Sequence record: DRR723986_1863
Reading direction: 5' to 3' (one strand)
DNA length: 64,000 bases
Below the pieces are notes generated by a model. It was not told the DNA's origin, ran no database searches, and saw only the letters and a program-made list of their open reading frames with translations. Of this stretch, positions 31,346-41,556 are shown piece by piece (within the stretch, counting starts at the first letter, position 1; every line of letters starts with the position of its first letter). The position numbers and the translations under genes are program-made.

Positions 31346-32143
31346 ATGAAAACCTCCCTTTGTGCGCTCGCGCTGCTGGTTTGCGCCGGCCCTGCACTCG
31401 CCCAGGAAAGCACACTCGCCGATCCATCCATCAAACACCGCCCCGCCGACGGAGTTGTCAGGCTTTATGGTGCGGGCGGCCCGCACACGGCGTTCCAGAA
31501 AGTTGCAAAAGCCTTTGAAGAAAAAACCGGCAACAAGGTCGAAATCACGGCCGGCCCGGAAACCACCTGGTCCGCAAAAGCCCAGGCGGATGCCGATATC
31601 CTCTGGGGCACATCCGAACAATCGATGACGGCGTTTCTGGAAACCTATGGCAATTTTGACTCTTCCCAGGTTCAGCCGATCTACATCCGGCCTGCCATCA
31701 TCGCCGTGCGCGCAGACAATCCGAAAAAGATCGAGGGCTTTGAAGACCTGCTCAAGGACGGGATCAAGATCGTCGTGACCGAGGGTGCCGGTGTCGCCAA
31801 CACATCCGGCACAGGTGTCTGGGAAGACATCGCCGGAAGGACCGGAAATCTCGGTGACGTGTCGGCGTTCAGATCGAACATCGTCGCGTTTGAAAAAGGC
31901 TCCGGTGCCAGTTTCCGGGCCTTCAAGGACCTTGAGGCCGATGCCTGGATCACCTGGCCGAACTGGCCTATCAACAACCCGGACGTTCTGAGCCTTGTCG
32001 AACTGGACGAAAACCGCCGTATCTGGCGCGATGTCAACGTCGTGCTTTCCCCCGACGCCGACCCGCAAGCCAAGGCTTTTCTGGACTTCCTCCAGACCCC
32101 GGAAGCCGCGGTCCTGATGAAAACCGAGGGTTGGAAGCGCTAA
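31346..32143 (+). CDS. AcfC/PEB3-like periplasmic binding protein
   Basis: Signal peptide, LYGAGGPH, NPKKI, TSGTGVWEDIAGR, DAWITW. Confidence 0.78.
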   Translation: MKTSLCALALLVCAGPALAQESTLADPSIKHRPADGVVRLYGAGGPHTAFQKVAKAFEEKTGNKVEITAGPETTWSAKAQADADILWGTSEQSMTAFLETYGNFDSSQVQPIYIRPAIIAVRADNPKKIEGFEDLLKDGIKIVVTEGAGVANTSGTGVWEDIAGRTGNLGDVSAFRSNIVAFEKGSGASFRAFKDLEADAWITWPNWPINNPDVLSLVELDENRRIWRDVNVVLSPDADPQAKAFLDFLQTPEAAVLMKTEGWKR

Positions 32144-32281
32144 CACCGCGCTTTCACCTTTTGGCTAAGCCCCCCTCCGCGCCCATGCCTCCCAGGGCGC
32201 GCAGAGGGGGATGCAACGCCTTTCCGAAACCCGCTGAGCCTACCTTTCCCATTTTTCCGCTTGCCAACCTCAAACCGCACT

Positions 32282-32310
32282 GTTAAACGTTTAACTGTAA
32301 AACGTTTAAC
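32282..32310. promoter_or_regulatory. Tandem LacI-type operators
   Basis: GTTAAACGTTTAAC (perfect palindrome) and GTAAAACGTTTAAC, both with the central AAACGTTT. Confidence 0.8.
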
Positions 32311-32331
32311 AGCGTTGGGAGGCGCTGGCAG

Positions 32332-33429
32332 ATGTCCCGGAAAAAACCGTCCATCAAGGAAGTCGCCGCTCTTGCGGGCGTGTCGATCGCGACGGTATCG
32401 AACGTCTTTTCCGGGCGCAAACCGGTCAACGACGAGCTGAAGGAGAGCGTGCACAAGGCTGCGCGCGAACTCGGTTACCAGCTCGACCGGGCCGCTTCCC
32501 AGCTGCGCTCGGGCCGAACCCGTATCATCGCGGTGATTGTCCCCGACCTCACCGACACCTTTTTTGCCACCATCGTCTCCAGACTGGAAACCGCCGCATC
32601 AGCGGAAGGTTACGACGTGATCGTCGCCAGCTCACACAACGACCGCGCGGTGGAATCCTCTCGTCTGAAGGCGTTGCTCGCATGGCGGCCGGAAGGGCTG
32701 ATTGCCGTGCCCTGTTCAAGCACCATGCCGCCGGAACTGAAGGAAGCAAGATCCACCTTGCCGATGGTTCTGGTCGACCGTGTTGCTGCAGAAGGGGCAA
32801 TTGCCGATACGGTGACCATCGACAACCGCGAGGCAGGCGAGATTGCCGCAAGGCATCTGCTGGAGCGTGGCCACCAGAACATTGCAATCGGCGTTTCCGA
32901 CCTGGATCACCCTCCGATCCTGGAAAGAACGGAAGGGGCTGCCGCCATCATCGAGGCGCAAACCGGCAAACGGCCGACCATTCTCAATCTGGGTTCCGAT
33001 ATCACCGCAGGCACCAGGACGCTCCTGGACTGGATGGAACGCAATCCCCTGCCGGAAGCAATCATCGCGCTTACCAACGTAACGACACTCAGCGTGTTGT
33101 CGGCCCTAGCCGAACACCGGATCGACATCCCGAGCCGCGCGTCTGTCGTCGCGTTTGACGACTATGCCTGGATGTCCGCCCGCAACACCGGACTGACGGC
33201 CATCCGACAGCCGGTCGACAAAATCGCGGAAACCGCCTGGCGCCGGCTGCTGCAGCGGATCGAGGGTGACAGCAAGGCACCCGTTACTCCGGCGGTGCTG
33301 AACGCGAGCCTGATCGTCCGTGCCTCGGTGCGCGATCTCGAAGCAGGCGAAGACATGCATTCGCAAACACACACCCCGGCACCGAGGGACAGCGCCTCGT
33401 CGGAAGGGCAGGAAAAGAAGATCCACTGA
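32332..33429 (+). CDS. LacI-family regulator
   Basis: SIKEVAALAGVSIATVS HTH, LTAIRQP. Confidence 0.93.
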   Translation: MSRKKPSIKEVAALAGVSIATVSNVFSGRKPVNDELKESVHKAARELGYQLDRAASQLRSGRTRIIAVIVPDLTDTFFATIVSRLETAASAEGYDVIVASSHNDRAVESSRLKALLAWRPEGLIAVPCSSTMPPELKEARSTLPMVLVDRVAAEGAIADTVTIDNREAGEIAARHLLERGHQNIAIGVSDLDHPPILERTEGAAAIIEAQTGKRPTILNLGSDITAGTRTLLDWMERNPLPEAIIALTNVTTLSVLSALAEHRIDIPSRASVVAFDDYAWMSARNTGLTAIRQPVDKIAETAWRRLLQRIEGDSKAPVTPAVLNASLIVRASVRDLEAGEDMHSQTHTPAPRDSASSEGQEKKIH

Positions 33430-33828
33430 TGCCATCCGCCTCAACAGGGCACGACGGCAGACAGGCGGCAAAGACCGCACGGACACATGGGAGGAAGAGG
33501 AGGAAAATCGGACTTCAGGATCAACGGACACTCAAACGCTATCAGTCCCGTTGATCCGGACGAGAAACGCGCGGAGTGCGGTGAGCAACCCCGCGCGTCG
33601 GCAAGATCGTCCTGAAATACCCACTAACCGAAGCGGCAGGTAGATCCTCTCATCCGCCGGAACCCGTAAAGACGCCCTGTGCCGTTGCACCGGCCGAAGC
33701 GTCAGGGTTTCTGCGCGGACTCGATCATGCTCGGCCAAGATTAGCAGTGGTCTTTCAGGAAACCAACCGGTCTTGAGCGCACCCGACGACGGGGCCGACG
33801 GACCGTTTTATTGATGGAGGAAACTGAA

Positions 33829-34881
33829 ATGAACCCGATGAACAAGAAACTTGCCGGCGCGGCCATCGTTGCCGCCGCCCTGCTGCAGGGAACCGCTGTC
33901 CAGGCTGCATCCGGCACCGTCGCATTCCTGATGCCAGACCAGGCATCAACCCGCTACGAGGAACATGATTTCCCGGGCTTCAAGGCGGAAATGGAGAAGC
34001 TTTGCCCGGATTGCACCGTCATCTACCAGAACGCGGATGCAGACGTGGCGCGCCAGCAGCAGCAGTTCAACTCCGTTCTGACACAAGGCGCCAAGGTGAT
34101 TGTGCTTGATCCGGTGGATTCCAGCGCGGCCGCCTCGCTCGTCGCCCTTGCCCAGAGCCAGGGCGTGAAAGTGATCGCCTACGATCGCCCGATCCCGGAC
34201 AAGACCGCCGACTACTATGTCTCCTTCGACAATGAAGGCATCGGCAAGGCAATCGCCGAGTCCCTGGTGCGCCATCTGGAAGAACAGGGCATCTCACCGG
34301 AGGCAGGCGGCCTGCTGCAGATCAACGGCTCGCCCACCGATGCCGCTGCCGGCTTGATCAAGGACGGTATTCATGCAGGTATCGCCACCGGCAAGTACGA
34401 GACCCTGGCCGAATTCGACACGCCGGACTGGGCACCGCCCAAAGCCCAGGAATGGGCCAGCGGCCAGATCACCCGCTTCGGCGATCAGATCGTCGGCATC
34501 GTAGCGGCCAATGACGGCACCGGCGGCGGCGCCATTGCCGCTCTGAAGGCTGCTGGCGTCGACCCGCTTCCGCCTGTAACCGGCAACGATGCCACCATCG
34601 CGGCCCTGCAGCTGATCATTGCCGGCGACCAGTACAACACGATCTCCAAGCCTTCTGAAATCGTTGCCGCGGCGGCTGCCAAGGTTGCCGTGCAGTTCCT
34701 GAACGGGGAAACGCCGGAAGCCAAGACAACGCTCTACGAAACACCTTCCGAGCTGTTCGTTCCGGCCGTGGTCACGCGCGAGAACCTGAAGGAAGAGATC
34801 ATCGACATGGGCATCCAGACGGCTGAGGAACTGTGCACGGGCCGCTATGCCGAAGGCTGCAAGGAACTCGGCATCCAATAA
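33829..34881 (+). CDS. Sugar/polyol ABC transporter substrate-binding protein
   Basis: Signal peptide, IAYDR, AANDG, VTGND; RBS GGAGG. Confidence 0.9.
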   Translation: MNPMNKKLAGAAIVAAALLQGTAVQAASGTVAFLMPDQASTRYEEHDFPGFKAEMEKLCPDCTVIYQNADADVARQQQQFNSVLTQGAKVIVLDPVDSSAAASLVALAQSQGVKVIAYDRPIPDKTADYYVSFDNEGIGKAIAESLVRHLEEQGISPEAGGLLQINGSPTDAAAGLIKDGIHAGIATGKYETLAEFDTPDWAPPKAQEWASGQITRFGDQIVGIVAANDGTGGGAIAALKAAGVDPLPPVTGNDATIAALQLIIAGDQYNTISKPSEIVAAAAAKVAVQFLNGETPEAKTTLYETPSELFVPAVVTRENLKEEIIDMGIQTAEELCTGRYAEGCKELGIQ

Positions 34882-34976
34882 CTCCTCCTCCCAAGCAGGC
34901 CGCCCGACCCCAAGGGTCGACACCCGGAAGGCCGGGCGGCCATCCAGAGGACCCAGAAAACCATGAGCCGGACAAG

Positions 34977-35783
34977 ATGACCGCCACTTCTCCCCAATCC
35001 GCCACGGATCGGCAGCCGATCCTGAGCCTCAAGGGCATTTCGAAGAACTTCGGCGCGGTGTCGGCATTGACCGATATCGAGCTGGACGTCCATCCAGGTG
35101 AAGTCGTTGCCCTTGTCGGTGACAACGGCGCCGGAAAATCGACCCTCATCAAGGTGCTCTCCGGCGTCCACGCGCCGACTTCCGGCACCATTCACTTCGA
35201 AGGCAAGCCGGTGACGATGCACGGGCCGAGCGACGCCCTGCACCTTGGCATCGCAACCGTGTTCCAGGATCTCGCCCTGTGCGAGAACCTCGACGTCGTT
35301 GCCAACATCTTCCTGGGCCAGGAACGCAGTCCCTGGCATCTGGATGAAGTGGCCATGGAAGTCCGCTCCTGGGAGCTGCTCAACGAGCTGGCGGCCCGCA
35401 TTCCAAGCGTGCGCGAACCGATCGCATCGCTGTCCGGCGGCCAGCGCCAGACCGTCGCCATTGCCCGATCCCTGCTGCTCAACCCGAAGATCATCATGCT
35501 GGACGAACCCACCGCCGCCCTTGGCGTTGCCCAGACGGCGGAAGTTCTCAACCTGGTGGAGCGGGTTCGCGACAAGGGCCTCGGCGTCATCATGATCTCC
35601 CACAACATGGAAGACGTGCGCGCGGTCGCAGACCGCATCGTGGTGCTGCGGCTTGGTCGCAACAACGGTGTGTTCTCGCCGCAATCGTCCAACGAGGAAC
35701 TGGTCGGAGCCATTACCGGCGCAACCGACAATGCCGTCACCCGCCGCGCCAGCAAACGGGCGGCCGCAGGCGCCACGGCATAA
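34977..35783 (+). CDS. Sugar ABC transporter ATP-binding protein
   Basis: GDNGAGKST, LSGGQRQ, LDEPTAALG. Confidence 0.9.
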   Translation: MTATSPQSATDRQPILSLKGISKNFGAVSALTDIELDVHPGEVVALVGDNGAGKSTLIKVLSGVHAPTSGTIHFEGKPVTMHGPSDALHLGIATVFQDLALCENLDVVANIFLGQERSPWHLDEVAMEVRSWELLNELAARIPSVREPIASLSGGQRQTVAIARSLLLNPKIIMLDEPTAALGVAQTAEVLNLVERVRDKGLGVIMISHNMEDVRAVADRIVVLRLGRNNGVFSPQSSNEELVGAITGATDNAVTRRASKRAAAGATA

Positions 35784-35797
35784 ACAAGGAAACCACC

Positions 35798-37045
35798 ATG
35801 AACGGCTCCGCTCCCGAACCCCGGCTGCTCGACCGCAGCGATACGCGCGTCAAGCATGCCAGCAGCCTGACCGACGTCATCAGCGCCTTCATAGATCGTG
35901 TGAAGGCAGGCGACCTCGGCTCCCTGCCCGTCATCGTCGGCCTCATCGTCATCTGGACGGTCTTCACCATTCTCAATCCGCTGTTCGTTACGCCGAACAA
36001 CCTTGTGAATCTCTTGTTCGACTGCTCGACAGTCGGCGTCATCGCGCTCGGCATCGTCTGCGTGCTGATGCTCGGCGAAATCGACCTGTCCGTCGGCTCC
36101 ATGAGCGGCGTCGGCTCGGCCCTGATCGGCGTGCTCTGGGTCAATCAGGGTGTTCCCCTGCCGCTGGCAATCCTGGCGGCGCTCAGCACCGGCGCGGTCA
36201 TCGGCTCGGTCTATGCACTGCTGCGCACTCAGCTTGGCATGCCCAGCTTCGTCTCGACCCTCGCCGGTCTGCTGGCGCTTCTCGGCCTGCAGCTCTACAT
36301 GCTCGGCTCCACCGGCTCCATCAACCTGCCCTACGGCTCCTGGATGGTGAACTTCGGCCAGCTACTGATGATGCCGGCCTGGGCCTCTCAAGCAGTCGCA
36401 CTGTTGCCTGGCGTCGCCATTCTCGTGATGGGAATTCGCAACCGGCGCCAGCGCCAGGCAGCCAATCTCTCCGTTGGCTCTGTTGGCGGGCTTGTGTTCA
36501 AGGCGCTGTTCACCACCATCGCCTTCGAAGCCGCTGTCTTCTATCTGAACCTCGGTCGCGGCGTGCCCTGGATGTTCGGCCTCTTCGCCCTGCTCGTCGT
36601 TGTCATGAACTATGTCTTCACACGCACCCAGTGGGGGCGGTCCGTGAAGGCCGTCGGCGGCAACGCGGAGGCTGCGCGCAGAGCCGGCATCAATGTCACC
36701 TTCACCTACCTCACGTCCTTTGCGCTATGCTCGCTGCTGGCGGCCCTCGGCGGTGTCCTGTCTTCCGCACGGCTTGCCTCCGCCAGTCAGCAGGCGGGCA
36801 CCGGTGACGTCAACCTCAACGCTATCGCAGCCGCCGTTATCGGTGGAACCAGCCTGTTCGGCGGACGCGGGTCGGCATGGTCGGCGCTGCTCGGCATCAT
36901 CGTCATCCAGTCAATCTCCAACGGGCTGACGCTTTTGAACATGTCGTCCTCGCTCCGCTACATGATCACCGGCTGCGTGCTCGCCATCGCCGTCATCGTC
37001 GACAGTCTCGCCCGCCAGAGCCGCGTCTCTCACGGCCGCGCCTGA
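35798..37045 (+). CDS. Sugar ABC transporter permease
   Basis: GEIDLSVGS, AVGGNAEAARRAGI, IGGTSLFGGRG. Confidence 0.92.
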   Translation: MNGSAPEPRLLDRSDTRVKHASSLTDVISAFIDRVKAGDLGSLPVIVGLIVIWTVFTILNPLFVTPNNLVNLLFDCSTVGVIALGIVCVLMLGEIDLSVGSMSGVGSALIGVLWVNQGVPLPLAILAALSTGAVIGSVYALLRTQLGMPSFVSTLAGLLALLGLQLYMLGSTGSINLPYGSWMVNFGQLLMMPAWASQAVALLPGVAILVMGIRNRRQRQAANLSVGSVGGLVFKALFTTIAFEAAVFYLNLGRGVPWMFGLFALLVVVMNYVFTRTQWGRSVKAVGGNAEAARRAGINVTFTYLTSFALCSLLAALGGVLSSARLASASQQAGTGDVNLNAIAAAVIGGTSLFGGRGSAWSALLGIIVIQSISNGLTLLNMSSSLRYMITGCVLAIAVIVDSLARQSRVSHGRA

Positions 37046-37072
37046 CCGGATTTCAATTCAAGGATTTCGAAC

Positions 37073-37801
37073 ATGACCGATGAACTCAAAGGCAAGGTCG
37101 CGGCCATTACCGGTGCCGCGTCCGGGATCGGCCTGGAATGCGCCAGGAGCCTGCTTGCAGCCGGCTGCCGGGTGGTCCTGATCGACCGAGCCGAAGACAG
37201 ACTGAACGCGATCTGCCAGGAGCTCGGGCCGGACGCCATTCCACTGGTGGTCGACCTCATGGACGGGCCCGCTGTCGATGGCATGCTGGACCGGATCGTG
37301 GAAAAGACCGGACACCTCGACATCTTCCACGCCAATGCAGGAGCCTACGTCGGCGGCAGCGTCATCGACGGCGACCCGGACCAGTGGGACAAGGTGCTCA
37401 ATCTCAACATCAATGCCGCGTTCCGCTCCATTCGCGCCGTGTTGCCGCATATGGTGGAACGCAAGACCGGCGACATCATCGTCACCAGTTCCATCGCCGG
37501 CCTTGTGCCGGTCGTCTGGGAGCCGATCTATACCGCCTCGAAATTTGCCGTGCAGGCCTTCGTTCACACGGTACGGCGCCAGGTCGCCGAACACGGGGTG
37601 CGCGTTGGAGCGGTCGCGCCGGGACCTGTGGTTACAGCCCTTCTCGATGACTGGCCCAAGGCAAAGATGGACGAAGCCCTTGCCAACGGCAGCCTGATGC
37701 AGCCCCGGGAAGTCGCTGATGCCGTCCTGTTCATGCTCAGCCGCCCGCGCGGCGTCACCATCAGGGACCTTGTCATTCTGCCGCAAAGTGTGGACCTTTG
37801 A
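37073..37801 (+). CDS. rbtD: Ribitol 2-dehydrogenase (SDR)
   Basis: [40 protein letters not shown], as in RbtD. Confidence 0.85.
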   Translation: MTDELKGKVAAITGAASGIGLECARSLLAAGCRVVLIDRAEDRLNAICQELGPDAIPLVVDLMDGPAVDGMLDRIVEKTGHLDIFHANAGAYVGGSVIDGDPDQWDKVLNLNINAAFRSIRAVLPHMVERKTGDIIVTSSIAGLVPVVWEPIYTASKFAVQAFVHTVRRQVAEHGVRVGAVAPGPVVTALLDDWPKAKMDEALANGSLMQPREVADAVLFMLSRPRGVTIRDLVILPQSVDL

Positions 37802-37804
37802 GGC

Positions 37805-39421
37805 ATGAGCAAATTTCTGATTGGTATTGATGTCGGCACAGGCAGTGCCAGGGCTGGTCTGTTCGACCAGTCCGGCAATCTGGTTGCATCGGCAAAACGT
37901 GACATCGCCCTCTTCAACCGGGGGCCAAACCTTTACGAACAGTCATCCAACGACATCTGGCAAGCCGTGGCCGCCACCGTACGCGAAGCGGTTGGCACGG
38001 CCGGGATCGATCCGGGCGATGTGGCCGGGATCGGCATGGACGCCACCTGTTCGCTGGTGGTCATCGGCCCGCAAGGCAGCCCGCTGCCGGTAGGCGATAC
38101 GGACCATCCGGAGCGCAACATAATCGTCTGGATGGATCACCGCGCCCTTGACCAGGCCGAACGCATCAACGCCGGTGGCCACGACGTGCTGCGCTATGTC
38201 GGTAGCCAGATTTCACCGGAAATGGAAACTCCGAAGCTGCTCTGGCTGAAAGAGAACCGGCCAGAGATCTTCGGCAAAGCCGAGCATTTTTTCGACCTGA
38301 CCGATTTCCTGACATGGCGGGCGACCGGCAGCCTTGCCCGGTCCATCTGCACGGTTACCTGCAAATGGACCTACCTTGGTCATGAGCGCCGCTGGGACGC
38401 CGATTATTTCCAGTCCATCGGTCTTGCCGAACTCTGCGCGAATGATTTTGGCCGCATCGGCACCACCATTGTCGATGCGGGAACGGCTCTGGGCAGCGGA
38501 CTGACGGCAGAAGCGGCGGCAGACCTGGGTCTGCGTGAAGGGACACCCGTTGCTGCCGGGCTGATCGATGCACATGCGGGCGGTGTCGGCACGGTCGGGT
38601 GGCAGGACCAGACAGAGGCGGGATCGGCGACAAGCCGGATGGCCTATGTCTTCGGCACCTCCGCCTGCACCATGACCTCGACAACAGAACCTGCCTTCGT
38701 GCCAGGCGTCTGGGGACCTTATTTCTCCGCGATGGTTCCAGGCCTCTGGCTGAACGAGGCGGGCCAGTCGGCCGCAGGTGCCGCCATCGACCATCTGGTC
38801 CGTTTCCACCCGGCCTCCACTGATGCCCTCAGGCAGGCAAAGGAAGCAGGTCTCGGCCTCAACCAGTGGCTTGCTGCTGAAGCCGAGCGGCTTGCACCGG
38901 AGGGGACAGACATTTCAAGGCTGGCAGACGGTCTGCATGTGGTCCCTGAATTTCTCGGCAACCGTGCACCGTTTGCGGATCCGGAAGCCAAGGCCGTCAT
39001 TGCAGGCCTCGATATGGACACATCCGTCGCCGCTCTCGTCAGGCTCTATGTCGCGGGCATCTGCGGTCTCGGATACGGCCTCAGACAGATTGTCGAGGCG
39101 CAGTCCGCAAAGGGCATCCGGACGGACACCATCGTCGTCAGTGGCGGTGCAGGCCAGAGCCCTTTGGTGCGCCAGCTTCTGGCGGATGCCACGGGCCTCG
39201 TGATCGCCGCTCCCAAAACCGCGGAACCGGTCCTTCTCGGCTCGGCCATGCTCGGCGCTGTCGCTGGTGGCCTGCAAAAGGACATTCCGGCCGCCATGGC
39301 CGCCATGTCGGCAGCCGGCGAAACCTATGCACCCGGCGGCGCCGATGCCACATCCTACCACAACAAGCGGTACGAGGCTTTCGAGTTGCTCCAGCAGGCC
39401 GCCCGGAAGGTTCGCGGGTAA
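37805..39421 (+). CDS. rbtK: D-ribulokinase (FGGY family)
   Basis: [37 protein letters not shown]; follows rbtD. Confidence 0.85.
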   Translation: MSKFLIGIDVGTGSARAGLFDQSGNLVASAKRDIALFNRGPNLYEQSSNDIWQAVAATVREAVGTAGIDPGDVAGIGMDATCSLVVIGPQGSPLPVGDTDHPERNIIVWMDHRALDQAERINAGGHDVLRYVGSQISPEMETPKLLWLKENRPEIFGKAEHFFDLTDFLTWRATGSLARSICTVTCKWTYLGHERRWDADYFQSIGLAELCANDFGRIGTTIVDAGTALGSGLTAEAAADLGLREGTPVAAGLIDAHAGGVGTVGWQDQTEAGSATSRMAYVFGTSACTMTSTTEPAFVPGVWGPYFSAMVPGLWLNEAGQSAAGAAIDHLVRFHPASTDALRQAKEAGLGLNQWLAAEAERLAPEGTDISRLADGLHVVPEFLGNRAPFADPEAKAVIAGLDMDTSVAALVRLYVAGICGLGYGLRQIVEAQSAKGIRTDTIVVSGGAGQSPLVRQLLADATGLVIAAPKTAEPVLLGSAMLGAVAGGLQKDIPAAMAAMSAAGETYAPGGADATSYHNKRYEAFELLQQAARKVRG

Positions 39422-39453
39422 CGCTGCCCGCCATTCCAAACGGAAAGAGAGAC

Positions 39454-40107
39454 ATGAAGTTTTTTGTCGACACGGCGGATGTCAGCGACATCCGCGACCT
39501 CACAGAACTCGGCCTTATCGATGGTGTTACCACCAACCCGTCCCTGATCCTCAAGTCCGGCCGGGACATCACCGAAGTGACCCGCGAGATCTGCTCCATT
39601 GTCGAAGGTCCGGTTTCGGCCGAAGTGACGGCGACCGAGTTCGAGGCAATGGTGCGGGAAGGCAAGACGCTTGCAAGGATCGCCCCCAACATCTGCATCA
39701 AGCTGCCGCTGACGCTGGATGGTCTAAGAGCCTGCCGTGCACTGACTGCCGAAGGGTTCAAGACCAACGTCACCTTGTGCTTTTCCGCCAATCAGGCGTT
39801 GCTGGCGGCCAAGGCCGGAGCAACCTTCATTTCCCCGTTCATTGGCCGACTGGACGATATGGCCATGGACGGAATGGAGCTGATCCGCGAGATCCGGCAG
39901 ATCTACGACAATTACGGCTTTGAGACCGAAATTCTTGCCGCCTCGATCCGAACGGTCAATCACGTCAAGGAAGCCGCGTTGATCGGCGCCGATGTGGCAA
40001 CCGTGCCGCCGGCAACGATCAAGGCGCTGGTCAAGCACCCGTTGACCGACAAGGGACTGGAGCAGTTCCTTGCGGATTGGGCAAAGACCGGCCAGACCAT
40101 CGCCTGA
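39454..40107 (+). CDS. tal: Transaldolase (short TalC/FSA family)
   Basis: [13 protein letters not shown] (Glu), IKLP, SPFIGR (Phe): transaldolase-type rather than FSA-type residues. Confidence 0.85.
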   Translation: MKFFVDTADVSDIRDLTELGLIDGVTTNPSLILKSGRDITEVTREICSIVEGPVSAEVTATEFEAMVREGKTLARIAPNICIKLPLTLDGLRACRALTAEGFKTNVTLCFSANQALLAAKAGATFISPFIGRLDDMAMDGMELIREIRQIYDNYGFETEILAASIRTVNHVKEAALIGADVATVPPATIKALVKHPLTDKGLEQFLADWAKTGQTIA

Positions 40108-40133
40108 TCGACTGAAGAGTACGTACAAGCAAC

Positions 40134-40165
40134 TTGCCGGTTCCACCCATGGGCGGAGCCGGTAA
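40134..40165 (+). terminator. Hairpin after the ribitol operon
   Basis: TTGCCGGTTCC...GGAGCCGGTAA stem; no clear U-tract. Confidence 0.45.
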
Positions 40166-40233
40166 ATCCACTCGAATTGAACCCGATGACGGTTCGGGCG
40201 TTTCCAATGGAGAGACATCCATTGGAGGATAGT

Positions 40234-40527
40234 ATGCGCCCGCATGAAAATGTCCGGACGATTGCAGCCCTAGCCACCGCACTGACCCTTGTGTGCGGCA
40301 CCGCTCTTGCAGACGACAAGAGTGGCGACTGCCAGGTTGAACCCGGCGCAAAGTCGCAAGACAGGGTACCCACCGATACTGAAGAAACTGCCAGCCTCTC
40401 TGACTGCGACGGTGTTTTGACGCCAGCTCCGGTCGGAGACCGCGAGCTTGTCGAACCTGCCCCCGATGTCGGTGAAACGCCGGTCATCACTCCGGAGGAG
40501 ATCCCGGATCAGCAGCCGGCGGACTGA
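40234..40527 (+). CDS. Small secreted acidic, Pro-rich hypothetical protein
   Basis: RBS GGAGG, signal peptide ending ALA, two Cys in the mature part. Confidence 0.7.
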   Translation: MRPHENVRTIAALATALTLVCGTALADDKSGDCQVEPGAKSQDRVPTDTEETASLSDCDGVLTPAPVGDRELVEPAPDVGETPVITPEEIPDQQPAD

Positions 40528-40554
40528 GGCGACCGCCAGCCAGGTCGATGAGAC

Positions 40555-41238
40555 TTAAGACCGAAGCAAACGCTTGGTGGACCCGACAGCGGTTGCGATC
40601 TGGGAATAATGCGTCTTGCGCTTTTCCGAGTTTCCGGCCGAACGCAGCAGCTTGGTGACGCTCTCGTCGATGGCTTCCGATGCTTCACGGCGAGCCTGCT
40701 CGAGATTGGCCGTGGAAACGGCCCGGTAGGTACGCTGACCCACGGCCGCGCGCGGAGCGCTTCGGTCCTGGTATTTTGAGACAATGCCATCAAGCTTTCG
40801 GGAAAGGCTCCGCAATTCCCGCGCCGCGTCGCGATAGTTTGGCCGGTTTTCAATTGTCGAGGCGGCGCGCCCCAGAACATTCCTCAAACAGTCGAAGCGG
40901 TATTCGGGCCGGATGGAATTGCGGCACTCGTTGCTGCCGTTCTGGATTATCCAGATGACACCGCGGGTGACCCTTTCATCGAGATCATAGGATGCGCTGA
41001 GCTTCGGGTCGCGTTCCTGCCGATCGACATCATAGGAAGGGCCAGACGGTTCGCTGCTCATGGAAGAGCTGTACTGGGCAAGCAGAAGCTCCTCCAGAAC
41101 CGAACCCAATGGATCTGCCGGCGCAAGCGACTGGGCACCCGGCACGGCGACCGCATAAGCAGGCACACTGGCAGCCGTCACGACTTGTCCGGCGAGCACG
41201 GCAACCGCCACACCTGCGCAAAACCTGTTTCCAAACAT
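40555..41238 (-). CDS. Secreted hypothetical protein
   Basis: RBS GGAGG before ATG 41238, signal-like N-terminus, basic helical C-terminal half with two Cys. Confidence 0.72.
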   Translation of the reverse strand: MFGNRFCAGVAVAVLAGQVVTAASVPAYAVAVPGAQSLAPADPLGSVLEELLLAQYSSSMSSEPSGPSYDVDRQERDPKLSASYDLDERVTRGVIWIIQNGSNECRNSIRPEYRFDCLRNVLGRAASTIENRPNYRDAARELRSLSRKLDGIVSKYQDRSAPRAAVGQRTYRAVSTANLEQARREASEAIDESVTKLLRSAGNSEKRKTHYSQIATAVGSTKRLLRS

Positions 41239-41556
41239 GACTTCCTCCAATCAACTATTCAAACACATCGAACAAATCACCAGAGACAACTGATCGAACC
41301 GGGCAGCAATCACGATTGGCGCGACAACTGCTATCGGAAAAGCAGCAAAAACCTGCAATATGACTTAGAAAAACGTCTGCACTGTCTACTTTGAAATCAG
41401 GGATTGATATTTCCCGAAATGTTTCTTTTGATTGTTCTTTTTCAATTTTAACCCCTTGGAATAAAAGAACAAGTCAAAAATTACCTTGCGTCACGCAACA
41501 CGCAACAAAGGCTTGGGAAGGCGGAAATCGATCTCAGCCGGAAAACGCTTTGGCCC

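Noticed and set aside
32171-32210. Hairpin with CCTCCC loop as a cuckoo-family sRNA
   Set aside because: A single stem right after a stop codon; more simply a 3' stabiliser or terminator
39454-40107. Fructose-6-phosphate aldolase (fsa)
   Set aside because: It has the Glu and Phe residues of transaldolases rather than the Gln and Tyr of FSA
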